The notes under the pieces: model-generated
What the model was told of the DNA's origin: nothing
Seen by the model: the letters and a program-made list of their open reading frames with translations, nothing else
Database searches by the model: none
In this document: positions 1-13,100 of the stretch, in pieces
Position numbering within the stretch: the first letter of the stretch is position 1
Layout of the letters: every line of letters begins with the position of its first letter
Source: Heptranchias perlo
Lineage: Eukaryota
Length of the DNA: 64,000 nt
Direction of reading: 5' to 3'
Assembly: GCF_035084215.1 (NCBI RefSeq)
Contig: NC_090340.1
Location: 3,720,001 to 3,784,000, forward strand
Program-made: the position numbers and the translations under genes

Positions 1-1970
1 TCAGTCCTTGTGGTAATAATGCTGCCATGATCATTTAGGTAGGTGGTTGCGTGTTTTGGGGTTTTTCAGCTTTAAGATGGTGGATGTGCTGCCAATCAAG
101 TGGACGGTTTGTCCTTGATGGTGTCGATTTTCTTGAATTTCGTTGCAGCTTCTTACATCTAGGCAAGAGAAGGTTATTCTATCACACTGCTGGCTCGTGC
201 CTTGCAGGTGGTGGAGAGACGTTGGGGAATAAAAAGGTGATCCACTTCCTGCAGAATAACTAGCGTTTGACCTGCTCTGGTAGCAACCACATTTATGTGG
301 TTGTACCAGTTGAGATTCTAGTCAATGGTGATCCCCAGGATGTTGATAGTGGGGTATTCGATGATGGTAATGCCATTGGTTGTCAAAGGGAGGTGATTAG
401 TTTCTATCTCGTTCAAGGTGGTCGTTGCCTGGCACTTGACTGGTGCAATGTTCCTTGCCACATAGCAGCTCATCATTGATGCCAGCTGGTATGGACTCTT
501 TCAATATCAGAACCATTCTTAATGGAACTGAACACTGTGCAATCATCAGCGAACATTCCCACTTCTGATTTTCTGATAGAACGGAAGGTCATTGAGGAAG
601 CAGTTGCAGACCGTTGGGCTAGTACACTGTCCTGAACAGCAAATGCAGCGATGTTCTGGTGCTGAAGTGTTTGACCTCGAACAACCAAAAATCATTTTCC
701 TTTCTGCCAGGTATGATTCCTGCCACTGGAGAATTTTCCCTCTGATCCACATTGGCTTCGGTTTCACTAGGGCTCTTTGGTGCCGGACTCGGTCGAATGT
801 TGCATTAATGTCAAGTGTAATCACCCTCAACTCACCTCTGGAATTCAGCTCTTTTGTCCATGTTTGCACCAAGGCTGCAATGAGGCCTGAAGCTGATTGC
901 TCCTGACCGAACACAAACTGAGCATCGGTGAGCAGGTTATTGATGAGCAAGTGCCGCTTGTTCGCACTACGGTCGACTCCTTACATCACGTTGCTAATGA
1001 TTGAATGCAGGCTGATTTGACGGTAACAGGGTGGGTTACATTACCTTGTTTTTTTATGGACAGGACATATCTGGGCAATTTTCCACATTGTGTGACAGAT
1101 GTCGGTGTTGTAGCTGTACTGGAACAGCTTGACTAGAGGTGCGGCTAGAAATGGGTCACAGGCCTTCAGCCGGAATGTTTTTGGGAACGGTTACCTTTGC
1201 TCTATCCTGTGCGCTCAGCCGTTTCTTGAAATCACGTGGAGTTAATTGAAAAGGCTGAATACTGGCTCTGTGAAGATGGGGACCTCATGAGGAGGACGTG
1301 GAGGATCATCCAATCAACACTTCTGGCTGAAGACGGCTGTGATCGCTTCAGCCTTGCCTTTTGCACTCAGGTGCTGGGGTCAACCATCATTGAGGTTGAG
1401 GACGTACATGGATCCTCCTCCTCTCGTTTGTTTGATTAAATGTCCACCACCATTCGCGACTGCATATGGCAGGACTTCAGAGATTGGATCTGATTCGTTG
1501 GTTGTGGGATTGCTTAGCTCTGTCAATAGCATTCAGCTTCCACGATGTTAGCATGTGTGTTGTAGCCAGTTTAGCACCTCGTTTTCAGGCACCTCTGGTG
1601 CTGCACCTGGCATGCTCTTCTACGCTACTCCTTAAACCAGAATTGATAATCTGACATTGATGGTAATGGGGGAGTGAGGGATATGCCGGGCCATGAGGTT
1701 CCAGATTTTGGTGGAATAAAACTCTGCTGCTGACGCACCACAGGGCTGCATGAATGCCCAATTTTTAGCAGCTAGATGTGTCTTAATCTATCCCACTTAC
1801 CGTGGTGGTAGTGCCACACATCACGGTGGAGAGTGTCCTTAGTGTGAAAAAGGGACTTGGTCTCCATAACGTCTGTGTGTGATCAGTCCAAACAACACTG
1901 CCACGGAGAGATGCATTTGGGACAGGTAGAGTGGTGAGGATGACGCTACGTAGATTATTCCCTAGTGTTG
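1..1970 (-). mobile_element. Decayed non-LTR retrotransposon, family A (APE+RT LINE, CR1/Jockey-group-like), runs off the window edge
   Basis: Minus-strand ORFs 546..950 (…WTKELNSRGELRVITLDINATFDRVRHQ…) and 473..688 (…MFADDCTVF…, RT YADD-type motif). Homologous to the other family A copies; many stops and frameshifts. Confidence 0.9.
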
Positions 1971-1977
1971 CAAAACG

Positions 1978-2045
1978 TCTCTGGATTATTGATTTAGGCC
2001 TCTTGATTACTAGTCCAGTAACATAACCACAACAGTAACGTACCC
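1978..2045 (-). mobile_element. tRNA/SINE-like 5' head fragment adjoining a family A LINE
   Basis: Reverse complement reads gtggttatgttactggactagtaatcaagagg, matching the head of the SINE-like element at ~59605 (gttatggtgcttggctagtaatccagag). Confidence 0.55.
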
Positions 2046-3499
2046 GAGTTTTCCCATGCTATAATCAACAGCTTCTTCCCAAATACCAAAGTTCTTGTCA
2101 ACAAACTGCAAAGGCACCATCTACTGCAGGAAACTATTTGCAAGTAAATATTTAAAACAACATTATAGTTTTACCATGCCCTTCACCTTACAGAATGGAC
2201 TACTAACTTATAGAAAGAACACCAACTTTTCTCACCTCTGTGTCTGCACTACTGTGTGTATGAACTGGTCTTGTACCTACACTAATTTTACTACAAGATC
2301 CCACTTATGGTTGTAAGAATGTAGGCTGTAATAGCTCTGATAGCTTCACTAGAGGCTCCTGGTTGTCGACCTTTGGGATATCGGACCTGAGAGAGCCCAG
2401 ATGGAGACTGTCTGATCTAATTTGCTTTTTGACACTAGGTTTCAGGGGGTTGCGAGCGTACAGAAGTGTGGCCACCATGAGATAATGTTCCATTCCCATC
2501 GAAGGACTAATGCTGATACTGCGCTGTAGCTCAGCGCACCTACTAAACAGTCAGAGCGCAGACTGTAGAAGTTCGGTGATTTGACTGAATCCTCTATCTA
2601 TTTGCCCTCCCAGCTGCCCAATGCATCGCGATGGTTGAGCCCAGAGCTTGCATAGCACCAGACTGAACAGCCCTGAGAAATGCAGTTGCGAGTGTCACAG
2701 ACTCCTGCAGCGTAGGACTCAACTGTATTGGCCATGGTGGTGATCACACAACTCGATGTTGGACAGCAGAGCATCGATGCCATGCTTGCAAACTCCATAC
2801 AAGTTGACAGTGAAATCCATCAGAATGTCTAGATCTTTTTTCATTAGTCCAATGTGAAAGAATAGATATAATAGTTAGAACAGCCAGCACCATATTGAGC
2901 TGGAAAACCGTAGTGTTAGAATTGATTAATTGAGCTATAACAGTCCATGCAATGCAAAGGTACATTCAGTCTGACACTGAAGTGTGGGAAGATACAGGGA
3001 AGAATAATTTTACTATGGCTTGATGCCAGAACATCTGGTTTTAGGTTGGGAGTATGTGAGAATAATAGACTTTCTCTGTAATAGATATCTACAAGAGATA
3101 AGGAAGTGAAGGGATTATGGTAAAATGCAGTCAGAAATGGGAGAGGTTTACGAGAGAACAATAAACAGGTGGTCATTTAAGTCACGCGTGTGCATATGTA
3201 CTTTTGAGATAATCACGGTAATAACGTGAAGTTATCACTAAAATGCATGCACGCATTAACGGCACGTAACGAAAACGCACTTACGTATTATCCTAACACC
3301 TGAATTACATAGTTAACCCGATAGTGGTACAGCCCACCAGTACAGTTGAGGGACTTTTTCCAGTCTCGTGTTGGGCTAGCGTGAACTGCTAAGCAGTCTT
3401 CGCTTGCGACGCACCTCATGATTTTTCTGCTCATAAGGATTGTAATGACGATCTCATGAGCATTGCATGTACAATGTTATATTAGTTTCATTCAGCAAT

Positions 3500-5596
3500 C
3501 GAGATTGTTAATCAGACGTCCACCTATCTCAAAAAAGGGTAGGATCGGGTACTAAATATTCCCGTGTTCAGGAAAAATAGGGAATATTAAAAAAGGAGGG
3601 GGTGACATTATTGATTAAGGAGAATATTGCAGAGCCGGAGAAAGAGGATGTCCTTCAGGGGTCAAAGACAGACCTATTTGGTTAGAGTTAGAGATAAGAA
3701 ACAATAGACGTGCCATTTCACTACTGAGTATAATCTATAGAATAACAATTATTGGGAAGGATATAGATGAGCAAATTTACAGGGAAATTACAGTGAGGCG
3801 CAAGAACTATAGAGTGGTGTTAATGCAGGACCTCTAATACCCTACTATGGACTGAGATAGTAACGTGCTAAGGACAATGCGGGGAAGGAAGTGTGTTCAG
3901 GAGAATGTTCTTGGCCAATATGTGTCCGGCTCCATGTGGAAGGAGGGATTGGCCAAGGAGGAATGAGGTGGGTCAAGTGGAGCAAGTGTCAGTGGGAGAT
4001 CATTTAGGGAATAATGATCATAGTATCATAACGTTTATGATTATTTACGGAAAAGGACAAGGAGCAATCTAGAATAAAAATTCTTAACTGGAAGAAGGCC
4101 AATTTCAGGATCTTGACCTGGTAAATTGGAATCAATGATTGGCAGGCAAAACTGCAATCTAACAATGGGTGGCCGTTAAAGAGATGATTTGTGTACAATC
4201 TACGTACATTCCCCCGAGGGAGAAAGGTAGGGAAAACAAAGACAGAGCTCCCTGCATGACGAAAGAGATAGGGAATAAGATGAAGCAGAAAACGGCAGAT
4301 GTCAGGTTGATGATACAATTGAGAACCAGGCTGAATATAGAAAGTAAAGAGGATAGGTGAAAATGGAAAAAAGAGGTGCAACGGAAGATTTTTATAATAG
4401 ATTGGCAGCTAACATAAAAGGGAAACCACACGTCTTCCAAAGGCATATAAATAGTAAACAGGTAGTAAGAGGAGGGTTGGGGCCGATAAGGGACGAAAAT
4501 GGAGATCTACACATGGAGGCAGAGGGCATGGCTGAGTTACTAAGTGAATACTTTGCATCAGCCTTTACCAAGGAAGAAGATGCTGCCAAAGTCACAGCAA
4601 AAGGGGAGGTAGTTGAGACACTGGATGGGCTAAAATTGAGAAAGAGGAGGCACTAGAAAGGCTGGCAATGCTTAAAGCTACCCTGTCCGGATGGGATGCA
4701 TCCTCGGTTGCTGCTGGAAGCAAGACTGGCAATTGCAGAGGTGCTGGCCATAACCGTCCAATCTTCCTTAGATAAGGGGGTGGTGCCAGAAGTCTGGAGA
4801 ATTACAAATGTTACACCCTTGTTCAATAAAACGGAATGAGGTGGATCAAATGGAACACGTGTGAGTGGGCGAAAATTCAGGGAACAGTGATCATAGTGCG
4901 TTTGGATTCGTTATGGAAAAGGACAAGGAGTAATTTAGACTAAAAATACTTAATTGGGGGAGACCCAATTTCAGTGGGTTGAGAACGGATCTGGACCGGG
5001 TACATTGGAATCAATGATTTGCAGGTAAAGCAGTAATCGAACAATGGGTGACCTTTAAAGAGGAGATGGTTCAGGTACCTTCGAAGTACATTCCCACAAA
5101 GGATAAACGTAGGGCAACAAAAGCCAGAATTCCCAGGATGACTTAAGATCTAGAGAGTAAGACGAAACAGAAAAGGGGAGCTTATGACAAATGCCGGGTT
5201 GAGAATACAAGTGAGAATCAGCCTGAAAATAGAAAGTAAAGAGAAGTGAAAAAGGAAATAAGATGTGCAAAGGGAGACTATGAGAATAGATTGACGGCTA
5301 ACATAAAAGGGAATCCAAAAGGCTTCTATAGGCATACAAATAATAAACGGGTAGTAAGAGGCTGGAGAATTGCAAATGTTACAAAGGGTGCAGGGATAAA
5401 TCCTGTATCTACAGGCCAGTCAGATTAACCTCGATGTTGCGGAAGCATTTAGAATTGATAATCCAGGACAAAATTATTAATCCCTTGGACAAGTTTGGAT
5501 TAATAAAGGAAAGCCAGCACGGATTTGCTAAAGGCAATTCGCGTTTAACTAACTTGATTGAGTTTCTTCATGAGGTAACAGATGTGGCTGATGAGC
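3500..5596 (+). mobile_element. CR1-type LINE (family B) ORF2 endonuclease/linker to RT start, decayed, 5' part of a split element
   Basis: ORF 4357..4656 (…MAELLSEYFASAFTKEE…), WRIANVT motif and QHGF-K motif near 5515. Contains a second diverged copy of ~3960-4480 at ~4833-5360. Confidence 0.85.
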
Positions 5597-5599
5597 ATT

Positions 5600-5757
5600 A
5601 TCAGTCTCATTGAAAAAAGTAAGATTCTGAGGGGGCTTGACCGTAGATGCTAAGAGGTCGTTTCCACTGGCTGATGAGTCTAGAACTAGGTGGCATAGTC
5701 TCAGCACAAAGGGCTGGCCATTTTAGACTGACAAATGGACACATTTATTCAATCAGA
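5600..5757 (+). mobile_element. Short CR1-type 3' fragment (left part), nested in the outer CR1 and itself split by a family A LINE
   Basis: gattctgagggggcttgac…gagtctagaactagg…catagtctcag is a CR1 ORF2 C-terminus. The sequence resumes at ~8330 with the duplicated motif (a)atcagat/(a)ctcagat. Confidence 0.7.
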
Positions 5758-8329
5758 TTTATTTTTCGTTCATAGGATTTGGGCGTCGCTGGCGAGGCCG
5801 CATTTATTGCCCATCCCTAATTGCCCTTGAGAAGGTGGTGATGAGCCGCCTTCTTGAACCGCTGCAGTCCGTGTGGTGACGGTTCTCCCACAGTGCTGTT
5901 CGGAAGGGAGGTCTAGGATTTTGACCCAGTGACGATGAAGGAACGGCGATATAATTCCAAGTCGGGATGGTGTGTGACTTGGAGGGGAACGTGCAGGTGG
6001 TTTTGTTCCCATGTGCCTGCTGCTCTTGTCCTTCCAGGTGGTAGAGGTCGCGGGTTTGGGAGGTGCAGTCGAAGAAGCCTTGGCGAGTTGCTGCAGTGCA
6101 TCCTGTGGAAGGTACACACTGCAGCCACTGTGTGCAGGTGATGAAGGGAGTGAATGTTTAGGGTGGTGGATGGGGTACCAATCAAGCGGGCTGCTTTATC
6201 ATGGATGGTGTCGAGCTTCTTGAGTGTTGTTGGGGCTGCAATAATCCAAGCAAGTGGAGAGTATTCCATCATACTCCTGACTTGTGCATTGTAGGTGGTG
6301 GAAAGTCTTTGGGGAGTCAGGAGGTGAGTCACTCGCCGCAGAATTCCCAACCTTTGACCTGCTCGCGTAGCCACAGTATTTAAATGGCTGGTCCTGTTAA
6401 GTTTCTGGTCAATGGTGACCACCAGGATGTTGATGGTGGGCGATTCGGCGATGGTAATGCCGTTGAATGTCAAGGGGAGGTGGTTAGATTCTCACTTGTT
6501 TGAGATGGTCATTGCCTGGCACTTATCTGGCGCGAATGTTACTTGCCACTTATCAGCCCAAGCCTGGATGTTGTCCAGATCTTGCTGCATGCGGGCTCGG
6601 ACTGCTTCATTATTTGAGGGATAACGAATGGAACTGAACACTGTGCAATCATCAGCGAACATCCCCATTTCTGACCTTATGATGGAGGGAATGTCATTGA
6701 TGAAGCAGCTGAAGATCGTTGGGCCTAGGACACTGCCCTGAGGAACTCCTGCAGCAATGATCTGGGTCTGAGAAGATTGGCCTCCAACAACCACTACAGT
6801 GTTCCTTTGTGCTAGGTATGACTGCAGCCAGTGGAGAGTCTTCCCCCTGATTTCCATTGACTTCAATTTTACGAGGGCTCCTTGGTGCCACACTCAGTCA
6901 AATGCTGCCTTGATGTCAAGGGCAGTCACTCTCACCTCACCTCTGGAATTCATCTCTTTTGTGCATGTTTGGATCAAGGCCGTAATGAGGTCAGGAGCCG
7001 AGTGGTCCTTGCAGAACCCAAACTGAGCATCGGTGAGCAGGTTATTGGTGAGTAAGTGCCGCTTGATAGCACTGTCAACGACACCTTCCAAAACTTTGCT
7101 GATGACTGAGAGTGGACTGATGGGGCGGTAATTGGCCGGATTGAATTTGTCCTGCTTTGGGTTGATCCCCTCGCTTGTTGGTAATGGTAGAGTGAGGAAT
7201 ATGCCGGGCCATGAGGTTACTGATTGTGCTGGAATACAATTCTGCTGCTGCTGATGGCCCACAGCGCCTCATGGATGCCGAGTTTTCAGCTGCTAGATCT
7301 GTTCTTAATCCCATTTAGCACGGTGGTAGTGCCACACAACACGTTGGATGGTGTCCTCAGTGCAAAGACGTGACTTCATCTCCACGAGGATTGTGCAGTG
7401 ATCACTCCCACCAATACTGTCATGGACAGATGCATTTGCGACAGGTAGATTGGTGAGGTCGAGGTCAAGTAAGTTTTTCCCTCGTGTTGGTTCGCTCACC
7501 ACCTGCCGCAAGCCCAGTCTGGCAGATATATCCTTCAGGACTCGGGCAGCTCGTTCAGTAGTGGTGCTACCGAGCCACTCTTGGTGATGGACATTGAAGT
7601 CCCCCACTCAGAGTTCATGTTGTGCCCTTGCTACCCTCAGTGGATCCTCCACGTGTTGCTCAACATGGAGGAGGACTGATTCATCAGCTGAGGGAGGACG
7701 GTAGGTCGTAATCAGCACGAGGTTTCCTTGCCCATGTTTGACCTGATGCCATGAGATTTCATGGGGTCCAGAGTCAATGTTGAGGACTCCCAGGGCCACT
7801 CCCTCCTGACTGTATATCACTGTACCACCACCGCTGGTGGGTCTGTCCTGCCGGTCTGACAGGACATACCAAGGGATGGTGATGGACGAGTTTGTGACGT
7901 TGGCTGAAAGGTATGATTCTGAATATGGCTATGTCAGGCTGTTGCGTGACTAGTCTGTGGGACAGCTCTCCCAATTTTAGCACAAGTCCCCAGATGTTAG
8001 TGAGGAGAACTTTGCAGGGTCGACTGGGCTTGCTTTGCCGTTGTCGTGTCCAGCTCCTAGTGGACGGATGCCGGGTGGTCCGTCCGGTTTTATTCTTATT
8101 ATGACTTTTTGCAGCGAGATTTTACAACTGAGTGGCTTGCTGGGCCATTTCAGAGGGCAATTAAGAATCAACCACATTGCTGTGGGTCTGGAGTCACATT
8201 TAGGCCAGACCGGGTAAGGACGGCTGGTTTCCTTTCCCTAATGACATCAGTGAACCAGATGGGTTTTTACGACAATTCGGCAGTTTCATGACCACCATTA
8301 CTGATACTACTATTTTAATTCCAGATTTT
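5758..8329 (-). mobile_element. Family A LINE, near full span (head, APE, internal deletion at ~7160, RT, 3' tail)
   Basis: ORFs 7305..7607 (GDFNVHHQEWLGS…SDH, APE motifs), 6894..7262 (NYRPISPLS…DIKAAFD), 6492..6893 (GVPQGSVLGP…FADD) and 5913..6473. A-rich tail at ~5760. Confidence 0.93.
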
Positions 8330-8570
8330 TACTCAGATGTTTGTGAATCATTGGATTTCGCTACCTCAGAGTGCTCTGGATGCTGAGAGGTTGTGTATAT
8401 TCAAGGCTTGTATATGTAGCTTTCTGGACTTTCGGAAAATCAAAGGGATATGGGAATCGGGCGGGAAAGTGGAGGTGACGTCGAAGATCAGTCATGATCT
8501 TACTGAATAGTGGAGCAGGCTCGAGGGGTCCTTTGGCCTACTCTTGCTCCTAATTCTTATGTTCTTATTT
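8330..8570 (+). mobile_element. Short CR1-type 3' fragment (right part) with terminal hairpin and ttcttatg tail
   Basis: …gagcaggctcgaggggtcctttggcctactcttgctcctaattcttatgttctt; the same tail is seen at 38040-38111. Confidence 0.8.
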
Positions 8571-8571
8571 T

Positions 8572-9731
8572 CCGAGGGCAATGCGGTTGATGTTGTTTCA
8601 AAATGCATTTGATAAAGTGTAACATTATAGGCATGTTAGCAATATTGAAGCCAATGGAATAAAAGGGACGATGGCAGCATGGATACGAAATTGACTGAAT
8701 GACAGGAAACAGAGAATCGTGACGGACGGTTATTTTTCATACTGGAGGAAGGTACACAGTGATGTTCACCAGGGGTCGGTACAAAGACCACTGCTTTTTT
8801 TGATATATATTGATGACTTGGACTTGGGCACAATTTCAAAATTTGCAGGTGACATAAAACTTGGAAGCGTAGTAAACAGTGAGGAGGATAGTGGTAGACT
8901 TCAAGAGGACAGACAGGCTGTTGAAATGGGCGGAAAAATGAAGATGAAATTTAATGCAGAGAAGCACGAAATGATATATTTGGCAGGAAGAACGAGGAGA
9001 ACTGAATGGTAAAATTCCAAAGTGGGTGCAGGAACAGAGAAACCTGGGGATATATGTGCACAAATCTATGAAGGTGGCAGGACAAGTTGATGAAGCGGTT
9101 AAAAAAGCAGACGGTGTCCTGGGCTTTATAAACGGAGGAATAGAGTACAAAAGCAAGGAAGCTATGTTAAAACTTTATTAAACAATGGTTCGGCCACAAC
9201 TGGAGTATTGCGTCCAATTCGGATACCACACTTTAGGAAGGATGTAAAGACCTTAGAGAGGGTGCAGAAAAGATATATTAGAACGGTTACAGGGATGTGG
9301 GACTTCAGTTATGTGGATCGACTGGAGAAGCTTGGTTTGTTTTCCATAGAACAGAGAAGGTTGAGAGGAGATGCGATCGAAGTGTTCAAATCATGAAGGG
9401 TTCAGATAAAGTAAATCAAAAGAAAGTGCTCGCATTGGCGGAATTGTCGAGAGCCAAAGGACACAGATTTAAGGTGAATTGCAAAAGTACCAAAGGTGAC
9501 GTGAAAAAAAACGTATTTAATTATTATCTGGGAGGTGCCGCTAAAAGGGTGGTGGAAGCAGGTTCAATCGTGTATTTCAAACAGGAATTCGATACATACT
9601 TGAAGGTGAAAAATGCAGGGCTACGGGGAAAGAGCAAGGGAAAGGGACTAAGTGCATTGCTCTTACAAAAAGCTGGCCCTGACTCGATGGGCCAAAAGGC
9701 CTCCTTCTGAGCTGTAACGATTCTATCATTC
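8572..9731 (+). mobile_element. CR1-type LINE (family B) RT and 3' end, continuation of 3500..5596
   Basis: Resumes at EG-NAVDV…AFDKV. ORFs 8719..9012 (VHQGSVQRPLLFLIYIDDL…KFAGD) and 9208..9396 (LERVQKR…RRLRGD). Tail ggccaaaaggcctccttctgagctgtaacgattcta. Confidence 0.88.
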
Positions 9732-11020
9732 GATTATTCTTCTGAGTGTACACACCTATAAAGGAAGGATAAAAAAAATCCAAAAAAACATAATGGCGTT
9801 CAGCAATTTCTGTTGGACAGAAATATTTTCCATTCAAATGCTGGAACCCTGACGTCTGCAGCTCTGTGCTTGGCAGGGTAAGGCGGAAAGACATTGCATT
9901 GTCATTTGGGTTTTGATTATTAGTTTGTTTGGCGCTGGCGATTGTGAATTCTGGTTGACGTCGAAGAAGGGGAGAGGGTCAAGGGTTATAGATTTGAGGA
10001 TGAGCAACATCTCATCAATGAAAATACACTGGACAACTAGGTTGCCATCTTCATTGCATGACTCTGTGAGTTTGTAGATTGAAAGAGTTGAATAGAAAGA
10101 GAAGGTAAAGGGAAAATGTCAATAGGCAATGCTGCATTAGGCCTCCGCCCACTCTAACTCCACTGCTGGATGTTGTATCTTGTGTACTATCTCCAAATTT
10201 GTTAAGAGAGTAGGACGTAACCTAACTAATATTAACCCGGTGTATACCAGCTAACGATAAAGGTTTAGAAAAAGGAATCCCAAGTTAAGAGGCAGAAAAA
10301 TATGTAATGCTGCTTTGATTGCACGCTATTTGATTTTTACATTTGCTTTAGCAGTGAATAAACAGATAATCTAACGGTTTAATCTGAAGAGATGTCTTCT
10401 TTCTTTTTGTTTGGTGGCCTTCTGCTTTCTGGCTGGGTCGCTTTCGATGCTTCGTTGTCTGAAGGTTCGGAGCTTTCCTGCTCTCCGGTTGGATGTTTAG
10501 CTCCATATGTTCCATTTGTTTATAAACAAAGTTCTGCCAATCTAAAGGGTCTTATCCTTAGAACCGAAATAGGGGGAGAAAAATTGGATAGGGCCGTTTA
10601 TGGGCGCCGGTAGCGTGATGCGCTGTTACCCAGCACCCAATGACCCCTGCGCAGGGAATTTCGGCAGCCCTGAGGACTCACCTGCAATCAGTGTTCCATT
10701 CCGGGCTTTGCACGTGGAATCAATGCAATTTGCACCAGGGGGAGCTTAATTACTGAAAGGGAGAATTTTTCTCAGAAATCTCTTGAAGGTAGCTGGTACC
10801 TGCTATTTCCTGAAAATAAACGTTAACTGTCTGCACGGAGTCTGAACGGAAATCAGACATTACATACGTAAAACACAGGATCAGGTCCCATCCCTATATT
10901 TACACACGGATGAGTTATGTTGAAACATTGAAAAAGGTTGCTCAGAACTAAATCCCACATCCTCGAATCTGCACCCAAGACCTCACCAATCTGCCGACCT
11001 GAGTTGTTACCAGACCTACA

Positions 11021-11249
11021 AGAGTGCGTGCACCAAGGTTCTCTGCTGATGCACTAGAGACCTTGGTGCAAGAGGTGGACAGAAGGATGGACATCCGATA
11101 TCCTTAGGGAGGGTGGATGGGGGGCGAGAGACCTTCCAGACATGTATCCAAAAGGCAGGGGGAGGCAGCATGGGAGGAAGTCAATACCAGCATCATGAAC
11201 ATGGATGCAGTGCAGGAAGATGTTCAATACTTTGACATGAGTGCTCAAG
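11021..11249 (+). mobile_element. Harbinger/PIF-type DNA transposon Myb/SANT-like (trihelix) ORF remnant
   Basis: Hand translation RVRAPRFSADALETLVQEVDRRMDIRYP*G…AAWEEVNTS / (frameshift) TWMQCRKMFNTLT*VLK followed by gtgagt. Matches the F-S-x-E-x-L…W…VN…RT..QC.K.F.L pattern of MSANTD/Harbinger ORF1 proteins. Confidence 0.7.
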
Positions 11250-12699
11250 GTGAGTGATGTCAACTGTCAAGCGGTATCTCCTACCAACTGCATCACGCAC
11301 TATACCCCCCATCAACCACATACAAACAAACTCTTTCCATCAGTACTCAACTTTTCCAAAAAGATGCTTCCTCTCACCCCTACACATTACCACGGTTTCA
11401 ACAATGGGACTCAGATATTCGCAAATGATCAATACTTGTTCTTTGTTATTCTATCTCAAGTTTCCTTTCATTGAATTATTGGATGCCAGAGTTCAAGGCT
11501 CTTTCTATAACACTTCTTGTTTCAATAGGTTTACCAGTTTAGTGGATTCCTGCTATTCACAACCAGCTTTAAATAATAAAATAATATTAAGCAAATACAA
11601 ATTACAACTATGTTCGGTGATACAAAATACAACGAGATTACATGATTAACAAAATATGATTCCGAATACAATTATAGATTAAAACAGTCTGTTCCTATGA
11701 TGCCAATTATAGGCTATTCCATAGGGATGGGTATTTACAGCCTGTCAGGACCTCTGCCTGTGCTGGTTGGTTGTCTTCCTCCTGATGTGTATCAGCGTTC
11801 TCTGCAAGGAAAGTTGAATTGGGGTAATATGTAACCTAGGCAGGGGCTTTGAACCTTCAACATGTATCGTTCATTTTACCATACTGTGCATGATGACAGG
11901 AAGAATTCGATAATTAGGGCAAGAAAAAGAAATAGCTCTGAGGGCGGCATCAACTTTTGATGGCGTGAGTTCAAGAAAAAACGAGGTGCAGTAAGGCCTT
12001 CTCTACTGACTTTTGGGTAGCTATGACAATTGGGTTGCAAAGGATTGATAGTGCTGTGGTGAAGGTAAAGTCCTGCGGAATCTATCAGAGAAATGAAGGA
12101 GAGCTTTAAATTGGCAGTCCTGTTGAGATCATGAATGCCAATAAATCCCATGGGTATTGGTTTGAATTACGTCTGTAACTGCAGTGGAGAATTGGCGAAA
12201 TCCTGCTGAAATTCTATCCATAAATATCTTTCTGCAATGTAACCAGCTCCTGGAGATAATATTGATCACATTCTTATGTGATGCCATCTCATGCCATTCC
12301 TATTCGCCAATTGGCCTTAGCGCCCGCCGACTATCACTGGGGAAGAGGACCTCCTTGCTATTTAGAATTGGTTATACCAACGTTTACATGGCTGTATCTG
12401 AAACCCTTGGACCTTGAAACGATTGTACTTGGCTTCAGACATCGTGAAGCTTTGCGCCATTGTTTCCTTGTTTTGGACAAAAATAATGCACCTCCTCTTT
12501 ACGCTGCTGCAGTCTATACGAACCTTCAACCGCACCTGATTTCCCCTTTCTAATCAGCGAGATGCCGACAGAGAGCACGTTTCTTGTTGGCAGTTCACAT
12601 CGAACTTCAAGTGCGAGGCAATGGGGAAACTGGGAAAGGTCGACCGTCAGCTCCTCCAGTTTGCTGTTGCTCTCACTCCACTTACCTTCTTGCCATTGA

Positions 12700-13100
12700 G
12701 AACAAGAACACCATGCATTGATGTAGCACCTTCTTAGTAGTAAAACGTCCCGAGGAACTTCACAGAAGCCTAATCAGAAATCAAAATTGACACTGAGCCA
12801 AAGAAGGAGACATGAATACAGGTGGTCAAAAGGTGGTCAAAGTGGTTGGTTTTGTGGAGGGTCTTAAAGGAGGATAGAAACGGAGATAGGCAGAGAGATT
12901 TACGGCGCGAATTCCAGGGACTAAACAGCTGCTAGGACGTTCGCCAATGGTGGTTCGAAAGAAGTCGGGGATATACAAGTGGACGAAATTGGAGGAACAC
13001 AGATCTCTCGCAGGATTGTAGGACTGGCACAGTTTGCAGAGTTAGGGACGGGCGAGGCCAGGGAGGAATTTGAAAACAAGGATCAGAATTAAAATTTGTT
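12700..13100 (-). mobile_element. L2-type LINE 3' end fragment
   Basis: aacaagaac…gtagcaccttcttagtagtaaaacgtcccgaggaacttcacag… resembles the reverse of vertebrate L2 3' ends. No ORF left. Confidence 0.55.
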
